A stretch of DNA of 64,000 nt from Patescibacteria group bacterium (GTDB taxonomy: Bacteria > Patescibacteriota > Dojkabacteria > J137), in assembly GCA_963169855.1 (NCBI GenBank), contig CAUJCN010000001.1:17828-81827 (forward strand). Reading direction: 5' to 3'. Shown here one piece after another: positions 59,201 to 64,000 of this stretch (position 1 is its first letter; every line of letters starts with the position of its first letter). A program made the translations under genes and the position numbers. The notes beneath the pieces were generated by a model, which saw only the letters and a program-made list of their open reading frames with translations, made no database searches and was not told the origin of the DNA.

Positions 59201-60876
59201 TCCGCGTTTGTAGAATCTGACAACCTAATAAATTCGTTATTCTCGTTGTTTATTATTATTGAACCTATTCTAGTTGATGAGATATTTGTACCTCCAGTCA
59301 CATCAATTCGAGATCCAATTACATCCCCAGTCAATGCAGCTCTACTATCATTCATTAGTACATTTAATCCTATTTCACTTATTGAATTAACAATTGTTCC
59401 AGCATTGTAAACAAGAGAAATACCTCTCCTCGATTGTGTAGCACTTCCACCTGTAGATGCTGTAAATTCATAAGAACCATGATTAGATCCTGTTGTTCCA
59501 GCTCTCAAGAAAAAGTTGTTTCCTGCAGCAGATGTAAATGTTAAATTTTGAGCACCTGAATTCCAAACAGTGGCCTGTGCCGCACTAGATATCGCAGGTG
59601 TTACAAAATTCAATTGATTTGTAGTCAATCGCATGTTGTTACCTTGTATACCCAAGTTAGTTGTAGATTGTATGAAATCTCCTACTAGATTGTAATCCAT
59701 AAATGATCTCACGCTTCCATCGTCTTCAATTTGAGATCTAGGTGTACCTGACACAGAAAAGTTAATGTCAAATCCATTTAAAGGAATTTCTCTATTACTT
59801 AAAAGTTGAGCTGCTCCTGCAGATCCTAAAGCTCCTCCTAATTCTATAAAATCTGAGTTCACAGATAATCCGTTCTGAGCCTGCACATCAAGAGTTATTG
59901 CGCCAGGTCCTAGAGGCAAACTTCCCACTAAACCTGCCCCTGGGGTCACTGTCGATACACCTGTTGGTGATACATTTTGCCATGTCGGAACTCCAAAGCC
60001 ATTTGAAGTCAAAACCTGACCGGCTGTTCCAGCAATTGTAAATTGATAAGAAGACCCATCTCCGTAAGCAACGCCACCTGCTACTGGAGCAGCAGCTGAG
60101 TTAGTTCCACCTCTACTAATCGGTAGTATTCCAGCCCAACCAAGTGTATGTACGTCACCAGCTGAAGTAATTGTTACATTCGAATCATTTACAAAGCTTT
60201 GTATAATACCTGTTTGACCATTCAAGTTCAAAGACCCGGAGGGGATAGGGAGTGTAACAGTATTTCCGTTCAAAATAGTAAGATCATTACCTACTATACT
60301 TAAAGTCTGATTATCACTTCCCAGAGCATCACTAATGCAAACATACGCAACTCCGTTCCACAAAAGTTTCTCAGTTATTAGACAAGATGGTGGTGTTACA
60401 CCTCCACCAATAGTATCTTGATCTAAATCACAATAGTAATCACTACCATTCCATAGAAGTTTTTCGTTTGAATTACAGATCGGAGGTATTTCTGATGCAA
60501 TGCCTGTAATATCTGTCGCACATGCATACGCACTACCTGTCCAAACTAACTTATCTGTACCTGTACATGTTGGTGGAATAATTGAACTACCTATAGCATC
60601 ACTATTGCAAACCCATCTCTCTAGATTATCATCCCATTTAATTATTTCACCATTTTCACACTTTATTCCAAGTTGAACAGTAAAGTTTCCTTGAGGATCT
60701 TGTGTAACTATAATTCCATCAGAACCAGCTACTCCAAGTGGATTAGTCATTTCGACGTTAGTAATTCGTGGCTTAGACCACAAAAAAAGAATTAATAAGC
60801 AGACTAAAAGAAGCGCAACAATAAATGCATTTCTTAAAAAGTTAAATTTGTCTTCACCAATCAACGGATTAGCCAT
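56221..60876 (-). CDS. Giant membrane-anchored fibre/adhesin-like protein with peptidase S74 (intramolecular chaperone) domain
   Basis: N-terminal TM; Cys repeats PP.C....KL.W.G..Y.C..D; GNVGIG repeats; TSDERFKTNI...G.IAQ..E...P.LV...V.Y..L...L..A.QEQ; coiled coil. Confidence 0.85.
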   Translation of the reverse strand: MANPLIGEDKFNFLRNAFIVALLLVCLLILFLWSKPRITNVEMTNPLGVAGSDGIIVTQDPQGNFTVQLGIKCENGEIIKWDDNLERWVCNSDAIGSSIIPPTCTGTDKLVWTGSAYACATDITGIASEIPPICNSNEKLLWNGSDYYCDLDQDTIGGGVTPPSCLITEKLLWNGVAYVCISDALGSDNQTLSIVGNDLTILNGNTVTLPIPSGSLNLNGQTGIIQSFVNDSNVTITSAGDVHTLGWAGILPISRGGTNSAAAPVAGGVAYGDGSSYQFTIAGTAGQVLTSNGFGVPTWQNVSPTGVSTVTPGAGLVGSLPLGPGAITLDVQAQNGLSVNSDFIELGGALGSAGAAQLLSNREIPLNGFDINFSVSGTPRSQIEDDGSVRSFMDYNLVGDFIQSTTNLGIQGNNMRLTTNQLNFVTPAISSAAQATVWNSGAQNLTFTSAAGNNFFLRAGTTGSNHGSYEFTASTGGSATQSRRGISLVYNAGTIVNSISEIGLNVLMNDSRAALTGDVIGSRIDVTGGTNISSTRIGSIIINNENNEFIRLSDSTNADSASIFTGNQNPETVVAAQIGSLFLDNANGIAYLKSSNDAANTGWTPLAAGASVSSITPGAGLNGSLPLGPGAVTLDVTAQNGIAIVSDAVELGGTLLHNTDIAQAGFNFTTSGLGSVGLGTATPGARVDAGGNTFSLGGTTSVFQVSNNLGNYASVQNGGSIRFNDFNNGAGADSPVQDFTGYFRNYSFNSPRNAVNSAGLPMFHLTNNLVTNSAPYLRAGLNINNTDPFTVFAVGLNRFGVAQQESPTAMRVTDNYGALNVNSVTNMTKTGMNIILSGAYTNAGTGLGITRGLFVDVSGGEVNQSAIFMGGNVGIANSMPNDRLVVGDGTSGIQRIAIDSGTQSHLILQRAGVNQWGISSNDSVIGRFALYDYGGAGEVLTAASGTGNVGVGTAPGIYKMTVRGSGSLGLQLTDAGSDSIFLQGGVLGNTFTSRNNSLSVHHLNSINGARLALAADSGGTTTKETFTITTSGNVGIGSEPGGAGFAVGPAATLDLQTRDNNSNLLRNLIMTRYDANSVASAGIGTGMLFRLEGDNSNVANAGAIDVFLDDASDLSPNSSMIFSTTIDGVFGERMRISDVGNVGIGNNNPTDRLYVGDGTSSIQRIAIDTGLQGHVLFKQGGVNQWGISTNDSLAGLFSIYDYSGGGDALSIEAGGFVGIGNTNPGVRFHVGSSTIPIATTVARFENAGGTCDVTPNIAGGITCTSDERFKTNIQDFSGALNLINQIDVKSYNLINGGTYQVGVIAQGLEQILPDLVMTNEEGYKSVSYSGLTPYLIAAVQEQQNLVDGVDAKVEDVQSQIASIIAEDNSSALQMSLEDLQNAYSNIQVDIDSLKQADIQASEQLSQMQSTIDLLQSQINSLTNPDEIVTAQVLSAISGAEIVSLNVVDAQFTGNVTVASLNVTNLRVLGTAQVSADISSQATVAAGLTEVEVTFSSAYVSTPNVTVSPIGEFALDSDFNYTILEKSNSGFKIKTNKIYPFDIKFDWIVLSN

Positions 60877-61012
60877 AAATAAAATACAAAATCAACAATA
60901 CAAAAGTAAGAACCAAAAGTCCTATGACTAAGAATTTAATACCAGAGCTTTCATCCTCTTGTACAGAAAGTGTTATAGAGGTTTTCTTTTTTTCAGTCGT
61001 ATCTTTGTCCAT
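60869..61012 (-). CDS. 47-aa membrane protein overlapping the adhesin start
   Basis: MDKDTTEKKKTSITLSVQEDESSGIKFLVIGLLVLTFVLLILYFIYG; ATGGCTAA overlap; below the ORF track cutoff. Confidence 0.6.
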   Translation of the reverse strand: MDKDTTEKKKTSITLSVQEDESSGIKFLVIGLLVLTFVLLILYFIYG

Positions 61013-61107
61013 ATATAAATATGCTCAATATATTCAAACAGTTTTTGAGGGACAAGTCAACAACATACGGTAGGTATTTTAGTTAAATTCAACAGCATTT
61101 TGTAGTT

Positions 61108-62952
61108 TTAGTTTTTTGGAGAAAGTTTAGAAAGAATTTCTTCCGGAGTAAATGGTCTTCCATTCCATTTCAACACTTTAAACGGAGTATCTACGCCTGT
61201 TGTCATTCGAACAAGATGTCCCAACTGACCAGAGTTATTCCCCTCAATAAGAACAACGTTTTGTTGATTGACGAATTGCTGAAGTACAGATCTATTTAGT
61301 GGCCACAAGTACGTTAAGTTTAAAAGATTGACTTTAATATTACTTTCTTTAAACAATTCGAATGTATCTCGAACAACCGATCCAGTACTTCCCCACGAAA
61401 GAATATTGATTTCCATAGCCGGATTTTCTGAGTTATTGCTAACGATTTGATCAACAGGCAATTCATCATGAATTGTTTGTAGTTTCTTTATTCTTTTTTC
61501 AATCATTCTTTCTGATTCTTCTGCATCTTCAGTTACATTACCTTCTTCTGTATGCTCATCTGAATTTGAGTTAAAGTCAGCAGCTTTTTGACCAGGTAAC
61601 CACCTTAACGAAACTCCATTCTCTGTGATCCTGTACCTATCTTTGCTTTCAAGCTTTTCCAGGTCTTTTTCATCGACCAGATTTCTTACAATTGGAATTC
61701 TATTCTTATCAAATTCGTTAACTGAAGTTGTGCTTTCAGCCAGGAATTTATCTGTTAAAACTATTACAGGAATTTGATACTTTTCTGCAATATTGAAAGC
61801 TTCTTGAATAGAGTAGAAACAATCCTCTATTGTTGCTGGTGCTAAAACTACTCTTGGAAATTCACCATGACCTGAGAAGATCGATAACATTAGATCTCCT
61901 TGAGCTGTCCATGTCGGCATTCCTGTGGCTGGTCCAGGTCTTTGTCCTAGAACAACAACGAAAGGAACTTCTATCATTCCTGCCAAACTTAAGTGCTCAG
62001 TCATCAGATCAAATCCTCCGCCAGAAGTTCCAGTTAACGACCTTGTTCCCATAAAATTAGAACCAATCGCCATTGCCGATGCTGTAATTTCGTCTTCAAC
62101 TTGCTTAACAATCATTCCTGTCTCATCGGCCATTTCCGCAAGATAAGTAAGAATCGAGCTTGCTGGAGTCATTGGGTAAGAATAGTAAATCCTAACTCCA
62201 GAATTTATCGCCCCTAAGGAAAGAGCCAAGTTTCCATTAATGATTAGTGATTTCTCAAATTCAGATTTTGGTTGCAAATTAAAAGTTACTAATTCAGATA
62301 AATCACTCCCATTAAAATGCAGTATTGATTTTTCATCGTTAGAAACTAGATCTTCAGCATTCCATCGTGTGATTTTAGCTTTGAATGCTGGAATGTCATA
62401 ACTCGAATATTTGAAACCTAATTCCAAACATTGGAGATTTTTTTCTATAACTTGCGGCTTATCTTTGAATTCAGTTTTAATGCTTTCCGTTAAAACTTCC
62501 AAGGAAAGTCCTAGGGCATTCCACAAAGCACCTATTGTTGCGATGTTTCCATGAAGCTCGTTTCCACCAATACCACCAACTAAATCCAATGCCGGGAAAT
62601 AAACTAACTTTATATTCTTCGATTTTATGATCTCGGCTTCTGTTTTAAAAATTCTTGGGTTATCAATATCGTGAATAATAATTGAATTTTCTCTCATCTC
62701 TTCTAAATGCCATTTTGTTGACTGTTTATTCAAAACAATTAGAACGTCTGTCTTTTCCGAAGAAGAGTTAATATAAGTTTCCGAAATATCTATCTGGAAA
62801 GTGGCGTGACCACCTTTAATTAACGAAGGATATTCTCTATAGCCAAAAATTCCAAAGCCAGATCTTTTAAATGCACGCGAAAGTATTCCTCCTAGGACAT
62901 TTACACCTTGGCCAGAAGCTCCAACTATTTTTACTACAAATCTTTTATACAT
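61108..62952 (-). CDS. korA: 2-oxoacid:ferredoxin oxidoreductase alpha subunit (gamma-alpha fusion)
   Basis: G.SGQG, EYPSLIKGGH, YPMTPAS, EDEI, TSGGGF.LM.E, QRPGPATG.PT, SDEH. Confidence 0.95.
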   Translation of the reverse strand: MYKRFVVKIVGASGQGVNVLGGILSRAFKRSGFGIFGYREYPSLIKGGHATFQIDISETYINSSSEKTDVLIVLNKQSTKWHLEEMRENSIIIHDIDNPRIFKTEAEIIKSKNIKLVYFPALDLVGGIGGNELHGNIATIGALWNALGLSLEVLTESIKTEFKDKPQVIEKNLQCLELGFKYSSYDIPAFKAKITRWNAEDLVSNDEKSILHFNGSDLSELVTFNLQPKSEFEKSLIINGNLALSLGAINSGVRIYYSYPMTPASSILTYLAEMADETGMIVKQVEDEITASAMAIGSNFMGTRSLTGTSGGGFDLMTEHLSLAGMIEVPFVVVLGQRPGPATGMPTWTAQGDLMLSIFSGHGEFPRVVLAPATIEDCFYSIQEAFNIAEKYQIPVIVLTDKFLAESTTSVNEFDKNRIPIVRNLVDEKDLEKLESKDRYRITENGVSLRWLPGQKAADFNSNSDEHTEEGNVTEDAEESERMIEKRIKKLQTIHDELPVDQIVSNNSENPAMEINILSWGSTGSVVRDTFELFKESNIKVNLLNLTYLWPLNRSVLQQFVNQQNVVLIEGNNSGQLGHLVRMTTGVDTPFKVLKWNGRPFTPEEILSKLSPKN

Positions 62953-63397
62953 GCTGTAAATACATATTACCTATGTTATTTCCCCAATCTTTAAATTCCA
63001 TTAATCTTCCATGAGGAGGACCGTCAACTCTAAGTGATTCACCCAATTGAGTTGCAGATGTTCTCTCGACACTTAATTCCATTACATCCGCTGCTCCGCA
63101 GAAAATATCATAATTACTACTATCACCTAATCCAACAATTCCTACATAATGATCTTTTAAATTCATTTCCCGGAAATCTTTATCAAATTGAATATAATTA
63201 TCGTTAAGTTTTCCAACGTTCCAAGTAGAACAGACCAATACAATCAATCTGAAATCCTTAACAATCTCGGCTTTTACAAGCTCTGATCTTTTAACAGAAA
63301 CGTTTAGGTTCGCATCAGACAATCCTTCAGCGATCGCTTGCGCAACTAATTCCGCATTTCCGGAGCAAGTTCCATAAACCACTAAAACTTCTTTCAT
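62945..63397 (-). CDS. Flavodoxin
   Basis: VYGTCSGNAE, STWNVG, GLGDSSNY..FCGA; start reassigned to ATG 63397. Confidence 0.9.
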   Translation of the reverse strand: MKEVLVVYGTCSGNAELVAQAIAEGLSDANLNVSVKRSELVKAEIVKDFRLIVLVCSTWNVGKLNDNYIQFDKDFREMNLKDHYVGIVGLGDSSNYDIFCGAADVMELSVERTSATQLGESLRVDGPPHGRLMEFKDWGNNIGNMYLQHV

Positions 63398-63643
63398 TTT
63401 CAAAAATGATATAACTTGTAATATTCTCTCCATAAAAAGCTTGAAAGTAAAGCGAAAATGAACTTCAGACATCCACGGATTATGCAAATTTAGCTTTCTG
63501 CTCTATAATTTAAGAAGAGATTAATCTAAATATTTTTTAGTTTAAACATCTGCTAATCAAAGCTTTTAGTAAAAAAGAAAGCTCTTCAACAGGCTATCAT
63601 CATAGCTTTAATAAAATCCCTCTATATTTGTTACCTTTTTCTA

Positions 63644-63898
63644 ATGAAGAAAGAGTCTGATTTCTTTATGTTGATGAGTTTTGTCTTAATTTTTTTAGGA
63701 TTTTTGAACTTAATAGTAAGAGAATATTACTTTGGAAGTTCAATGATTTTATTTGGGCTGAGCTTTATTAGTCTTTCACCTAAAGTCTCTCGCCTAATGA
63801 ACGCCCAAAACCGTTCCAGGATAAGCCATTGGGCAGCTTATGGTTTCTCTGCCGTAGGGACTTTCATTATTTTAGTAAATGTCCTAGGAAAGATCTAA
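63644..63898 (+). CDS. Small membrane protein
   Basis: 84 aa, three hydrophobic segments. Confidence 0.6.
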   Translation: MKKESDFFMLMSFVLIFLGFLNLIVREYYFGSSMILFGLSFISLSPKVSRLMNAQNRSRISHWAAYGFSAVGTFIILVNVLGKI

Positions 63899-64000
63899 AG
63901 CCTTTATAGTAGGGGTATACGGATGATTCTTGTTTTTTACATTTTTTACTTTACTTTTCTCAATTTCTGGTATAATGATTCTAATATTTGTTTAATCTAA

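Noticed and set aside
56221-60876. Prophage tail gene
   Set aside because: No other phage genes nearby and the protein has an N-terminal membrane anchor.

Overview
AT-rich bacterial chromosome window (standard code, dense short-leader genes, mostly without Shine-Dalgarno). Gene content and style (SWIB protein, TrmB regulators, ADP-forming acetate-CoA ligase, 2-oxoacid:ferredoxin oxidoreductase, giant surface proteins, many orphan ORFs) suggest a Patescibacteria/CPR genome; this is inference. No rRNA, tRNA, CRISPR or transposase was seen. The main signal is two sharply bounded GC-rich, SD-led gene cassettes (about 2437-4668 and 30727-33045). Both follow an rRNA-precursor-like plan: boxA-like antitermination motif, then a long-range stem pairing the 5' leader with the sequence just after the last stop codon about 2.1-2.2 kb away (with a branch domain making a three-way junction), then a terminator-like hairpin. 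The second cassette sits inside a NUDIX / kinase-like / vWA / PurA-like / nucleotidyltransferase module and is followed directly by a type III hammerhead ribozyme. Also present: a eukaryote-like YrdC/TsaC, a Sec-type Rhs protein with no evident immunity gene, korA and korB separated by a giant adhesin-like gene, a dispersed orphan paralog family, and several junctions with truncated gene fragments, one bracketed by diverged direct repeats.
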